The position numbers and the translations under genes were made by a program. Below are positions 51,013 to 63,815 of a stretch of DNA of 64,000 bases, piece after piece. The DNA is from Magallana gigas (lineage: Eukaryota), in contig NC_088855.1 in NCBI RefSeq assembly GCF_963853765.1, positions 48,670,001-48,734,000 on the forward strand, written 5' to 3'. The notes beneath the pieces are model-generated. The model did no database searches, was not told the origin of the DNA, and saw nothing but the letters and a program-made list of their open reading frames with translations. Each line of letters starts with the position of its first letter. Position 1 is the stretch's first letter.

Positions 51013-54000
51013 TTATTCCTCTGTGGTTTTACGGGGAGCAACTTGGATGTGATATTTGGCCAGTTCGTCCTCGGAGATTTCTGTGGGGGCGCCACTCATG
51101 GAATCTCTGCCCTCCACGGTCTTGGGGAAGGCTATGACATCGCGGATACTGTTGGCTCCACAGATCACCGCCAGCATCCTCTCCAGACCTACACATTACA
51201 TTCAGTATCATACATACATGTAGCAACATCCATTCTAATAAGTGGATAATATGATTCACCACATGATCCACATACAATGCCTTCTTTTTTTAATTCTCAT
51301 AGGAAACCAATTAAATGATTGAACAGTACATAAACACATGTATGTGGATCACATTGCAAAATTGCCAGTGTATACAAATACTAGTAATGTAGTTTCACAG
51401 AAATCTGGGAATATAGTTCATATGAGACTATTTAAATGCAATGCACTAAGAAAAATCATCAGTTCATGCAAATATATTCACTGGCATCCTTACTGCAGTT
51501 ATGATATGGACGTGCACTTATTGATTTCCCCATAATTTCACATTATCGAGAATATCAACATTTTATAATTTTTTTTTACCAATATGCCATTTTCAAATTA
51601 ATATCTACAAAAACATGGACACTTACCTAGTGCTATACCTCCATGGGGAGGGCAGCCATAACTCAGAGCATCAATCAGATGTTGTAACTGTCCTGCATCC
51701 TCCTACAACATGTAAAATTATTCCACTATTGGGCAAACAAATTAGAAAGTTATAAACCTTTGAAACTACACTTATTAATTAAATTTTTGGATTTTATCTA
51801 TTAAATACAAAACTCATCATACATTTCGATGTATTTCTGTATCTAAAATGAAATATCATAAAGCTTTTTGTGACAAATATGAAATACATTTACTACTTCA
51901 AAGCAGTCATAGTTAATTTTAATTTCTCAATCTCCATTTTAATAAATTCAATTTTTAAAAAATCCACACAAAGATTTACAATTTGAAACCTCACCTGTAA
52001 GATATTTTCAAAGACATAGCGCTGGGTGTCGGCATCATGTATACGAATGGAGCCGCCGCCAATTTCTGCTCCATTCAGCACCAGGTCATAGTGCTGACTT
52101 CTTATCTAAATAAAATGTAGAATAAAAACGCCCAATGAAGAATTGAAAAAAATGTTCAAAATAATACTAATAACAATATTCAAATAAAAATCAAATATCT
52201 TTTATCTGATTCTGCTCTCAATGATTAAAATTCAGAGAAATGGGGAATTAGACCTAGAAAAAGTACATTGCATATGGTATAAGTGCATGTTTTCAACAAG
52301 CAGAGAGGGAATATTATATAAAATAACCTATTATCAATCAATTATGGAAAGATGCTTGTTGAAGTAAATGAATGTCTGACCTCCAGTGGATCTGTTTTGA
52401 GATATTTTTCATCCTCTGGATGCGGTGCAGTGAATGGATGATGCGCAGATTCTAGTCCCTCTGAAACAAGACAATAAGCTATACTGCAGAATTCATTTCC
52501 ACAACTGATCAGAATATTAAATCTGCATTATATATTGTCTGTGCATAAACTTATTCTTTTCTTAATTATCTATAAAATCAATAAATGGTTTTTAAAATGG
52601 ATCATTTGTGCTTTTGATCAACTTTTAATCACCATTCTTGCATTCAAAATAAAAAATATTTCATGATATTTTTCTATGAACAACAGATATATGAAAATTT
52701 TGTCTTTGAATTTATTGTCATTTTTATTCTCAAAACTGAGTTTATTACATAAAGCCAAGCACATGGGATGCACTTCACTGTGCATATAATCCATGCATGC
52801 ACAGATCATATACATGTACAATGAAGCACAGATCACATACACTGTTTGTACACATACCTCCTGATTCTGCTGGTAAAAACAATGGAAAATCTACTATCCA
52901 CAAAAAGTTAAACTGGTTGTCAGGAATAAATTTCACACCTTGTAAACACAAAATGATACATAAAATGAAAAACTGTGCCTGTATGGTGCATGTATATATA
53001 TTTGGAGAATACATCCTTAATGTGAATAATTCTCAAATGAACATAAAATAAAATGAAAATCTAATTTTCCTAGAATGTATCAGCGAATGCTTGATAAAAT
53101 TGAAGTTTTTTTTTTACAAAATCAATTTTATCAAGAATATGTATAATAAACATATTGCATCTAATAGGCTGTGAAGTTTGATACTTGCACTGATAGGCTG
53201 TGAAGTTTGATACTTGCACTGATAGGCTGTGAAGTTTGATACTTGCATTGATAGGCTGTGAAGTTTGATACTTGCACTGATAGGCTGTGAAGTTTGATAC
53301 TTGCACTGATAGGCTGTGAAGTTTGATACTTGCACTGATAGGCTGTGAAGTTTGATACTTGCACTGATAGGCTGTGAAGTTTGATACTTGCACTGATAGG
53401 CTGTGAAGTTTGATACTAGCATTGATAGGCTGTGAAGTTTGATACTTGCACTGATAGGCTGTGAAGTTTGATACTTGCACTGATAGGCTGTGAAGTTTGA
53501 TACTTGCACTGATAGGCTGTGAAGTTTGATACTAGCACTGATAGGCTGTGAAGTTTGATACTTGCACTGATAGGCTGTGAAGTTTGATACTTGCACTGAT
53601 AGGCTGTGAAGTTTGATACTTGCACTGATAGGCTGTGAAGTTTGATACTTGCACTGATAGGCTGTGAAGTTTGATACTTGCACTGATAGGCTGTGAAGTT
53701 TGATACTTGCACTGATAGGCTGTGAAGTTTGATACTTGCACTGATAGGCTGTGAAGTTTGATACTTGCACTGATAGGCTGTGAAGTTTGATACTTGCACT
53801 GATAGGCTGTGAAGTTTGATACTTGCACTGATAGGCTGTGAAGTTTGATACTTGCACTGATAGGCTGTGAAGTTTGATACTTGCACTGATAGGCTGTGAA
53901 GTTTAATACTTGCACTGATAGGCTGTGAAGTTTGATACTTGCACTGATAGGCTGTGAAGTTTGATACTTGCACTGATAGGCTGTGAAGTTTGATACTTGC

Positions 54001-56552
54001 ACTGATAGGCTGTGAAGTTTGATACTTGCACTGATAGGCTGTGACTTGCACTTGCACTTGCACTTGCACTAATACCTTTTGCCTCTAATAATGATGCTGC
54101 TTTGGTTCGAATCTTTCCACTCACTTCATACTGGATTAAAAAAAATAAAAACTAATCAATATTACAAACAGCACATACTTCATAGAAATTAAAAATCTAA
54201 TCGATCAATCTTACAGGGACGTAACCCTCTCCACAAACAATAATCATCAGATCCCCTTCCTGAACTTTTAACTCTGACGACAGTCTCTGCATGGTGTTGC
54301 TTTTGAATTTGTTAGTGTTGGCTTTGAATTCCCCAGACTTTCCAATTTTTACAAATATGAATTTCTGAAATAAAATTTAATCTGAGTTAAATAATAATGA
54401 TATAATTGTAGAAGGATATAAGACCAATCTAATAACAAGTAAAAAGCTGTCAATGTGACAGCAAACGGGGTTTTTTTTTATGTGAACTGTATCCATAATC
54501 CATGTCAACCCTGAATTGATAAACACTACCTACCGTATCCAGTGAAATGGAGTACCCCATATGCAATATTTTGCCCAAAAATGATTAAGTCCAAAAGCTG
54601 ATTTTTTTCAAAAATTTTCAGAAATCAAAATCCTAGCAATATGCACACCTCTGATATATGTACAATTGATCTGCAAAAGAACAACTTCCTATCTTGAAAA
54701 CTGTAGGAGGAGTTATCCGTACAATGAGGATACCATTTTGGCAGCCGCCCGCCATTTTCACCATTTTAATAACCGGATTTTTCCATTGGAAAACCCGGTT
54801 AAAGATTAGATGTTAGATCCGCTAGAGAATAAGTTTTAATTTTAATTACCTGGTAGATTGAATGATCATATACAGTTCAATATTAGATTATGAATGTATG
54901 TACCTCTTTATTCTTGACAAATCATTTTATTATCGCTTGAAGCTTTCAAAATACAATTACCCCTTGTATAACAAAAGCCTGCAGTTGTAAGTTCCAACCT
55001 GATTTTCATTAACAAAATAAAAATGTATTACCTGGTAATCTTGCTATAAAAATCTGTCTTTCAAAGCCAGATATTAAACTTACAAACTGGAATCATACAT
55101 TTATACATGTACACCACTACAATATATATTTACCTGGTCTATGTGCAAATTCTCTATCTCCTTTCTTGAAAACATCTATAAAAGATACATTAAGGTAATT
55201 TGTATACAGTGTTTGAACCTCTATGATTTATTGTGTAAAATTCTATAAAATACGGTACATATACCACAGTAATTGTCTTTTTATCTTCAAGCTTTTTTTT
55301 TTAAGGTCATGTACAGTATATACAGAAAATAAAATGTGTGAATCACACCTAAAATTATCATCCCTTAATTAGTTTTTTACAAAAGTATATTTGTTTGTCT
55401 ATAACACATATCAATTTGAATTCAACGTAACACCTTCATAATTACAAAAAAAGTAATAGAAAATAAGAGGGTAAAGCCATAATGCATTCCTTTCAATATC
55501 TGATAGTCATTACATGTACTGCTACATGAACATGTACATGTAAGAATTGATATCTTCTCTGTTATAAATGTCTCCTCCCTCCCCCTCTGTACTTACCGAT
55601 CCTTGGGGGACAACCAGGGCCACACAATGGGCCCCCGCCCTCTTCATGTTGTCCTCTATTTTCTGTATTCCACAATCTAACATCAAATCATCCACTGTGT
55701 GAAGCTTAAATAACAAGAATTATATGCACAGATACAGCATGTTTAAAGCATGTTTAATACCTAAAGAACGAATCTACAATCATATAAATAAGCTATTAAA
55801 TAGCTGATTTTACTAATAAAATTTTGATCTTATTCTCATCATGATAAATGGAGTGTCTTGAATTACAATGGTTTTAGTACAGTAAAGGGGCTCAGAGTTA
55901 AAGAAAATCATCTACATCTGTTTTATTTTCATTTGGAATTTAATTTACATTAAAATCATGTCACGATCTGATAAATTGTATGCATTACTGAGTTCATCTG
56001 TAATATTTTTATGTGGACTCGAAAAATGCTCACTGTTAGTCTAAATCAGTCTACCGGGTATATAAACACTAAACAGAGATTAGGAGATTTGGAAAGTATG
56101 CTTAGCTGAATAAGATTCTATATAAATCAATAAAAATTGTAAAAGTTTTAACCCTCCTTATACCTTCATGTTGTATCTAGTGTCTGGTTTGTCGCAGCCA
56201 TATTGTACCATAGCTTCATGATATGTCATGGAGGGGAAGGGTAGAGTTATCTGCTCTTTGAAGCTTGGCCAGCTCTGCAGGATCATGTTTTCTATCAGAT
56301 TCCTGACATCTTCTTGTGTAGTGAATGACAGTTCTATATCAACCTGTAATGTCAACAAAACAAACAATGAAAAAATATCAAATTGAAACTTTCAGGCAAT
56401 TTCTTTCTTTCAAAAAGAATAAGTATGCACATGCATGTACATGTATATTAAAGGGTTTGCATGCATAATGATACAAAGCTCAATCACTCCCCTAAAACAC
56501 TGTGGATGTTTCCCTAGTTAATGAAGGAAAAAACTGGTAAACAATCACATGG

Positions 56553-56626
<74 letters not shown>

Positions 56627-59600
56627 CTGTGTGAATTCAGGTTGTCTATCTGGCTTGCTGCCCTCATCTCTGTAACACTTGGCAATTTGAAAATATCTGT
56701 CCATACCTCCAACCATCAGCAACTGCTTAAACTGACACAATAACCAATCACAGAATAATTACTTACAAACCAAACAAACCATTTGCAAGTACATGTAATG
56801 ATATATTTTTTAAAATCTTGGTTAAAGTGTTGTAAAACAGTATGATTGAGGTGTTTATCTATATTGGACTGATCAAAAAGTTAACCGGAATAAATTTTCT
56901 GACACTGCATCAGACTGATTCCAAAGCTACATCTGAACCTGAAAATTCATATCAAAATATTTCTTCTGTACTTTCAATATGTAATAAATCAACAAGGCCT
57001 ACAGGTCTACTTTATCTTTGCCATAGTAGTCACTTTTAATCTTAATATGTATACCAAACATATTTCTAGACAATGAATTATAATCTAAGAATTTAAACTG
57101 TTTATACTGTATTAATTAATTCATATTAAAAGAAAATAAAAAGCTAAAATTAGTGTAGTTTAAACTTTACAATTCCATCCAGTATCAGGGGCCTTAAATA
57201 TCAGTGAGTTGCAGGCCGTGTTGATTTACATGTATGCATGAACAACAAAGATATCTTGTTTAACTTACTTGGATTGGGAGCACCTATGACTCTGAAGCCA
57301 CATGTAATATTGGATGCTAGATATATTGTAGATAATCATTTGGTTCAACAAATAAATTTTGGTCAAAGTGTTTACCTGCTGAGGACTCTGTGGCAGGGAA
57401 TAAAACCTGCCTGGGTAGTTACTGGGGACAAGGAACTCTCTTGCACCCTGAAATACAAAACAGGTGTTCATTATTCTAAAGACTTCTAGCAAATAGAAAA
57501 ATCAAGTTTAAAAAGTTCTAAACTAAAGGTTAACCATTTTTTTTAATCTTAAAGTGCGAATCTATGATGGAATTAAAAAAAATTTCAAATAATACAGGTC
57601 ACTGACAGTAAAGAAGATAACATCGTTCTAAATGTGCATTACCCCTGGAGTTCTTCTAAATAGTGTTGGTGTGTCCACATCCACAAAACCTGGAAAAGAA
57701 TACCAATCCCAATAAACATTCCATTATCAATCACTCAACAATACATGTACTAGTACTGGCAAAATATGTGATGTATTCTACACTAACCGTAACTATGCAG
57801 AAACTCTCGCATCTTCATGACCATCACAGAACGGAGACGGAGGTTAAACTGCAGCTGTTCACTTCTAAGGTCTAAATACCGATATTTCATCCTTTGCATC
57901 TCATTCGTCTCATCAGCCTGCAAAGAAGAGCTACCATAATCAAAAGCCGGAATAACTTAACATACAATCCTTTACTTTAAAAAATCAAAACCAAGGAAGT
58001 AGAATTTTTCATTGTGATATATTTAAAGAAAATGTTGATTTGAGATTTGCTGGGAATTTGATTTTGTTGATGAGTGTTATAGAAAAATATCTGCTGATAC
58101 ATAGAATCTGTAACACTTTGTGTTTCAAATTTGTTTAATGTGCATATGAAAAAACATTTTAGGAATATTAATCCTGAGTGGTGCATGTAAGTCTTCATAA
58201 ATGAACAAGTCATGTTGTTACTGTAAAATACTTACATTAACATTCAAATTAATTGGAAGCTTCTCCTGACAAAAGTTTAGAACTTTGATGCTCTTTGCCT
58301 GAATTTCTATCTCTCCTGTTTCCATTTCCTATGTACAAACAAAAATTTTTTTTAAAAATCATACCCACACTCTGCCTTTGAATTAACAGTAAGCTAAAAT
58401 TAGGTTTTTTGACTTAATGTGGGTATAACTTTAATGAATCAAATAGCAGAAAAACAACAAAATGCTGTATCAAAATGTATTGCTGATATTAATTTCCAAC
58501 AAATATCATACACATTAAATATACGAGGGTTGTCCCAAAATAGCGTAGACAAGTGGCGTTATTCAGTTATTCGAAGACAAAGGAAGATGAAATTTGTGCC
58601 ACAAAGGGTTCAAGATATTTGCATTCAAATAATGTTTTAAAATTAAATATTGTTTGAGATTAAATTAGTGAAATGAAAGCATGTTAGATCAGAAATTCGA
58701 CATGCGGCGCAATGTCAAAAACAAAAAGTTAAAATCAAAATAATGAAATGAAAATTTGCGAGGAAAAGTACTTTTTGAATGAAAAAATTCAAATAAAACA
58801 TACATTGATATTTGATAATAATTCTATTACCGGTAGTTACTCAGAAAATGTTTTGGCGATAACAAAACTTTTAAATATTATATAGCGCGTTTTGTGACAA
58901 GTTAAAAAGTTAAATCGTAATAAAATGACGATGTCAGCGTGGCGGCGCAGCAGTAACTGATACAATTTTGTAAAAACCGTGAAATAAATCCTAAGCGGCT
59001 TTGGAAGTAAATGAAACTAGAAAACTGACCAGTCAGGAAGGGCCCCGCTATGACAATTAATATAGAGAAGTGAAGAAAACTTTGAATTCCATCCTCTTTA
59101 TATTAACAATGATGAAAAATAAATGCCCGGCATAAGATGTAAAGAACTGCAATATATATAAGGTGGTAAAAAAAAAATATGAAAATTATAAGTAACATCT
59201 GTATTTTTTCAAGATAATTCTTGAATGTCCAAAAACTCTAAATAGTAACCTTGTATCTGCATAAAACAGGGATAACCTCATGTCTTATAAAAAAACTAAA
59301 TTAAATATGTATTTAAAAAAGATTTAAACAGGTGTTTTATAAAATGCAAGCCTTCAGTGACTGCAAATACATTGTATCACCCAGGGTTGACCTCAACTTC
59401 AAAACAAACATCAGTTGCAGACAAAGGTGTTCATTAATCTTCATATGACAGATAGGGATAAGCCTCTAAATTTTTTGCAGCAGGCAAGATAATTAATCCC
59501 AGGGGATTAATTGTTCTGCTCTCTCATCCTTTTCTTCTAAATTTACAATAAGATTTTTTTTTCAGAAATGACAGAATGGGGTTATTATCTGATTACCTGT

Positions 59601-60901
59601 TAAAATTAACAGCATAAAGGCAGAAAGAAATAAAATTAATAATTAAAAAATAAAATAGTGAAAAAGGATATCTTAATATATATCTTGATTTTAGAATTCA
59701 ATAAAATTATCATAAATCATTGTGTACAGTATATTTTAACCAAAAATAAAGTATGAATATTATATATTTTAAATCCATATTTCAAAGAATGTACACAATA
59801 CTACACATCATTCAAAATTGACCTTAACTTCAAAACAAAGATCATTTGCAGACACATGCAGGCAGTGCAGTAATTAATCTCAATGTGACAGATAAAGGTA
59901 AAGCTTAGGATTTTCTTCCTGTGGAAGGTTAATTAATCCCAAAGGACAAATATTGCACAGCCTTCCAAGTATACAATGGTAACATTCTCAGGAGTTATCT
60001 CTCTTTGCCCATTATTATTATGCATAGTTAAGGAATCTACCCCACCACCCCAGCTCCAAACCAGAAGACACAGAGAATCAAACTTAGCATCAAAATATGT
60101 ATTTCTGCCTACTGAACTACCATACCAAATTTGAAATTGATTGGGCAACTATGAAAAAAGTTATTAGAAAAAAACAGAAAATTTGTGGACGGAAGAGTGA
60201 CAGACGGACGGACGGACAGAAGGACGGACGGACAGTGATTACTATAGGGCACCCGCAAATCCTTGCGGGGCCCTAATTAACAAAATCGATTAGAAATGCG
60301 TTTTGTGAATAAGTAGTTAAACAACATTGAAAATATTTGAACAAGTATGATGACAAAAAGTGAAAAAAAGAAACACCGAACGATATCAATGGACGTCAAA
60401 ATGCAGAACGACACAATTCGGTAAGACGGACGTTAGACAACAAGTAATACAGGACAAGTCTGGAGCCGACATATCGTTTGTACTTAGAAAATATTTAAAA
60501 AAAAAAAAAAACAACTAGAAATATTTGTTGAATGTGCACTCAGGGTCATGTTCAAAGATGATATTTTTTCTAAGACATTTTCGGAAATAAAACGTAAATG
60601 TTATCGTAAAACGATGTGGAGGGTTTAGCAACAACGTAAAACTGGAAATTTTCGACGTCGCACATTGCGCCGCCTGACAAAACTGGTTGTTATAATAATT
60701 ATTTATTTTCTCGAGAAATCAATAAAGTACAGATTTGAATTTTTCAGTATTGTTTGCCAAAGGGTCATTGAAGAAAACATAGAAGTCTAATGAAATTGCA
60801 GTGAACAAATGATAAATTATGTGTCCTGTCTACATTATTTTGGGACAACCCTCGTGATATGTTCACAGTACAGTAACAAACAAATATTTTGCATGTGAAA
60901 T

Positions 60902-60933
<32 letters not shown>

Positions 60934-61822
60934 ACCTGATTGATTTCACCATCCTTTCTAGCATGAACAGTTCCCGTAATTTCAACAACAGATTCAAATG
61001 GAAGGTCTTTTAAAACTCCTAGCTATAAAATATCAAATATTTCAGACATCACATTAATTCTAAAATACAGCAGTAAACTGGTAAATGTTATACATATCTA
61101 TTTTTACTTTTATTTTATTGATTAATCATCTTTTTTTATGCATGATCATGCAATTTTTGATTTTTAAATTAAAAATTATAGACATTTTCTGTTAACATTA
61201 ATATAATAAATTCTTTTGTTTTTCAAAGTCTTCTCTTTGTATACATCATAAACAAGCTATTAATTATTTACCATGCTCTCGGGCAGCAGAACTTGTACAG
61301 TTCCTGACCAGTCTCTGACAATCAGAAACATCAGTCTCTTGTATTGCACCCACCCACAGATCTTGACCTCTTCCCCAATGTGTGAGGGACGGAACTCTCC
61401 ACAGCTATGAGACCGCTGGCTGAAGTTATTGACACCTGCAGAGACAGTACAGAAAAAACAATTCAGACACTTAAGTACCAGAGTACATTTTACGTAATAA
61501 TCAATTATTATATAAATCAAATATTTATAAGCAAAATCATAATTGATGTTCAATTAATCATACTTAAGTATGCATGTGGTTCATATTTGAAAGACAACTT
61601 GGCAAGGAATCAATATTGCCGAAAATATATAACGTTAAAATAATAATTTTAAAAATACACACCTTTGGATTCATTTGTAAAATTTCTACTTTGCAAGAAT
61701 ACCGGTGTACATTGTCGCTTTTCATCGCTAATGACCAGAGAATTGCAGAGCCGAACTACTCTTGTTGCTTGTCCTCTCAAAAATAATTTTTGAAGTGATC
61801 TACAGAAACACCGAGTTGACAT
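51013..61822 (-). CDS. DARS2: Mitochondrial aspartyl-tRNA synthetase; 19 exons, ~642 aa: complement join(61663..61822,61272..61435,60936..61022,58236..58328,57788..57917,57643..57689,57376..57447,56627..56731,56164..56343,55597..55704,55134..55175,55032..55043,54215..54364,54076..54130,52858..52938,52381..52460,51995..52105,51627..51702,51013..51188)
   Basis: Mitochondrial-type basic N-terminus. Motifs: RSHSCGE...[151 protein letters not shown]. Exons sum to 1929 nt. The 12-nt exon is the least certain. Confidence 0.96.
53155..54070 (-). repeat. 29-bp minisatellite (30 units) plus (cttgca)4, abutting a DARS2 splice donor
   Basis: Plus-strand unit ctgataggctgtgaagtttgatacttgca, 53161-54030. 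The 6-mer tail 54045-54068 ends 5 nt from the donor at 54075/54074. Confidence 0.97.
54434..54802 (+). mobile_element. Helitron-like non-autonomous element in a DARS2 intron
   Basis: 5' aacaag start with hairpin gctgtca-atg-tgacagc; 3' hairpin accggatttt...aaaacccggtt followed by aa. Confidence 0.6.
56556..56623. repeat. (CT)34 microsatellite
   Basis: Pure dinucleotide run beginning 3 nt inside a DARS2 intron (CAG|GTAAGAGAG...). Confidence 0.97.
58524..60854. mobile_element. 2.3-kb non-autonomous mariner-like element in DARS2 intron 3, with nested insertions
   Basis: 28-bp TIRs cgagggttgtcccaaaata(gc/at)gtagaca, 26/28 identical. TA at left, TG at right. No transposase ORF. Confidence 0.8.
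59940..60280 (+). mobile_element. 3' portion of a Helitron-like element nested in the mariner-like element
   Basis: (gacg/gaca)n tract at ~60200-60234 and terminal hairpin cccgcaa-atcc-ttgcggg (60252-60269) followed by ccctaattaa. Left boundary uncertain. Confidence 0.65.
60903..60932. repeat. (CT)15 microsatellite
   Basis: Pure dinucleotide run directly after a DARS2 donor (CAG|GTTAGAGAG...). Confidence 0.97.
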
Positions 61823-61960
61823 GGTCCCATCGGAGTGTACTGCCTTCACCACAACTGAAAGAGGCAATTCGAGTTAAAAGAATTTGTTCTTACGGGTTTT
61901 TAAAATTTTATTTAGATGATAGCCCAGATTCAATGAAAAGAGTATTGACGTAAATAATTG
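61823..61960. promoter_or_regulatory. Probable bidirectional promoter between DARS2 (-) and RMND1 (+)
   Basis: DARS2 ATG at 61822. A plus-strand donor GTGAGT at 61960 could end a non-coding first exon of RMND1 that splices to the acceptor at 62996. Confidence 0.5.
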
Positions 61961-63032
61961 TGAGTGAATTTTGTTCTTATATAGGCTAAATATATTCATG
62001 GATTTAGGGAGAAAAAATATTTTACGATTTTTTCGGAAGCGTCTTGACCCCTTTTGTAGTCGTAATTTAGTTCACTTTTTAAAGATCCTACTTGAGTTTT
62101 CATGCATGTTGAGAAGTTTCATCAGAGTATGTTCACCTCTGTAACATTTCTGATAATTGCGCAGTGACATCATCAGATTTTTATTCCAACGGCAAAGGTA
62201 ATTAAAAATTGTTAGTTCACACAAACTTGCAACATTTGTAGCCTAAATATTTTGGTGATTTATCATTAGGCAGATAAGCATGATAAGAAGATTGAAATTC
62301 AATGTTAACCGTTTGGATTTGGATTTTGAGATGATAATTTTAAGAAAAGGGTTACTGAAAATTTCTATAGGTATTTATTTTTATTATGATTGCAATAATT
62401 TTTTAGCAAATTAACTCTCGTAGAAAAGATGTTCAAAAGGTGGTGATCATTTCTAAACAGTCAACACTGACAATAGGCCTAATCAAGTCAGATGATAAAG
62501 GTCAATTCACTTTTTAAAAAAAAATTATTTCTATTCTAATTGTAAAAATTTTTTTTTGCAAAGTAACCTTCATTGAATATATGTTCAAAAGGTCTTGATC
62601 ATTTCTAAACACTACCACGATCAGGACAATGAAGGTCTTTTAACCCTGTTAACTTTTTACAATTGAAATAAAAATGAAATGATTTTCTTTATCTCAAGAA
62701 AAACTATAAACAAAGCTAAGTCTGGTTAAAAGCTTGCTACTTAATGTATTTCAGAGAATGAAATGATTAGATGGATTAAACACATCTGTATAAAATGTAC
62801 AGTATGATACTGTAATAAATCAAGGGTTACATGTGACATCTTTTACTATTCTAGAGGAAACTGACCCTATGATGAATCTTGACATACTAACTTCTATAAT
62901 GCTGTCTATGCAGATTTCAAATTTGGAAGTGCGTTCGAATTCAAAAATACATCTGTATGTGATTTTATGAAAGAAATGGGTTTTTTTTTGTTTCAGAGAT
63001 GGAATTTGGCTGAGAATCATTGCAAATTCACA

Positions 63033-63815
63033 ATGTTGCTACCAAAACTGTTCAGTCGGTTTTCCTCTTATATGCTGAACACCACAAGAAAACAGAGAAA
63101 CACATCTGTTCTGTTAACTCAGTGTTTATACAAATATGGTTCATTTACAACAGTGAATTCATTCAGCAGTCAAGTTACTGCAGCCGGAAAAAGAAATGTA
63201 TACATATTCTCCCAAAGAACATTTCATGATTCCTCAAAAGTTTTAAAATTATTAGGAACCACACGGCCCTTAAATCCGCCTGGTAAAGTCAGGAGAAATA
63301 GAAGAAGGTCTGGCTCACAGGTACGATCCTTGTTATAGACTTGTACCTAAAGCCAAAAAGTCCATTGGCTGGATACTAATTTTATTAACTATAGACCTTC
63401 CTAAAGACTCAATTTTGTTTATCTTATACATACTCCTATATATAATATCTTATATCTTTTATTTATATTGGACAATTTTATATATATAGAGTGGGGTCAA
63501 ACTGCAAGTAACAGCATATCAAACATCAAAGGAGGACTTTGATTTTGACCTGTTGGAGCGGAATTTGGAAAGTCAGAATCTTTATAAGGTTTCTGACATC
63601 CCACCAGGTTATTTTCTTGTGTTTTTTTTTCATTCATATTTTATTGTTTTTTCTTAATTTTTTTTTATTGTTTTCCATTCCTATATTACAATCATTCCAC
63701 TAATGTCTTTGATACTGTAACTATCTTTCTTTGTTTGGACAGATATGGAGGATGTTTTACATTGCACACCAATTTATCCTGTAGAGGAGCATCAGAAAGA
63801 AATATTTTTCACTAA
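63033..63815 (+). CDS. RMND1: RMND1-like mitochondrial translation factor, 5' part only (gene runs off the window): join(63033..63320,63490..63607,63743..63815,...)
   Basis: Basic Ser/Thr-rich presequence (MLLPKLFSRFSSYMLNTTRKQR...), then LQVTAYQTSKEDFDFDLLERNLESQNLYKVSDIPPDMEDVLH...KEIFF, resembling the start of the RMND1/DUF155 domain (TAFATADEY...IFFFREG). Splice sites are in phase, with an acceptor at 62995-62996 before the ATG exon. Confidence 0.75.

Noticed and set aside
54104-54113. GGTTCGAATC, a tRNA T-loop/B-box-like motif
   Set aside because: It lies within a DARS2 coding exon (opposite strand) and has no cloverleaf around it.
53070-54124. ORFs of 67-247 aa, ([28 protein letters not shown])n
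   Set aside because: Translation of the 29-bp minisatellite inside a DARS2 intron.
54841-54900. Third ACCAG|GTAAT donor-like site suggesting another DARS2 microexon
   Set aside because: No suitable upstream acceptor, and not needed for protein length or frame.
56492-56743. RERERE / LSLSLS low-complexity ORF tails
   Set aside because: Read-through of a DARS2 exon into the (CT)n microsatellite.
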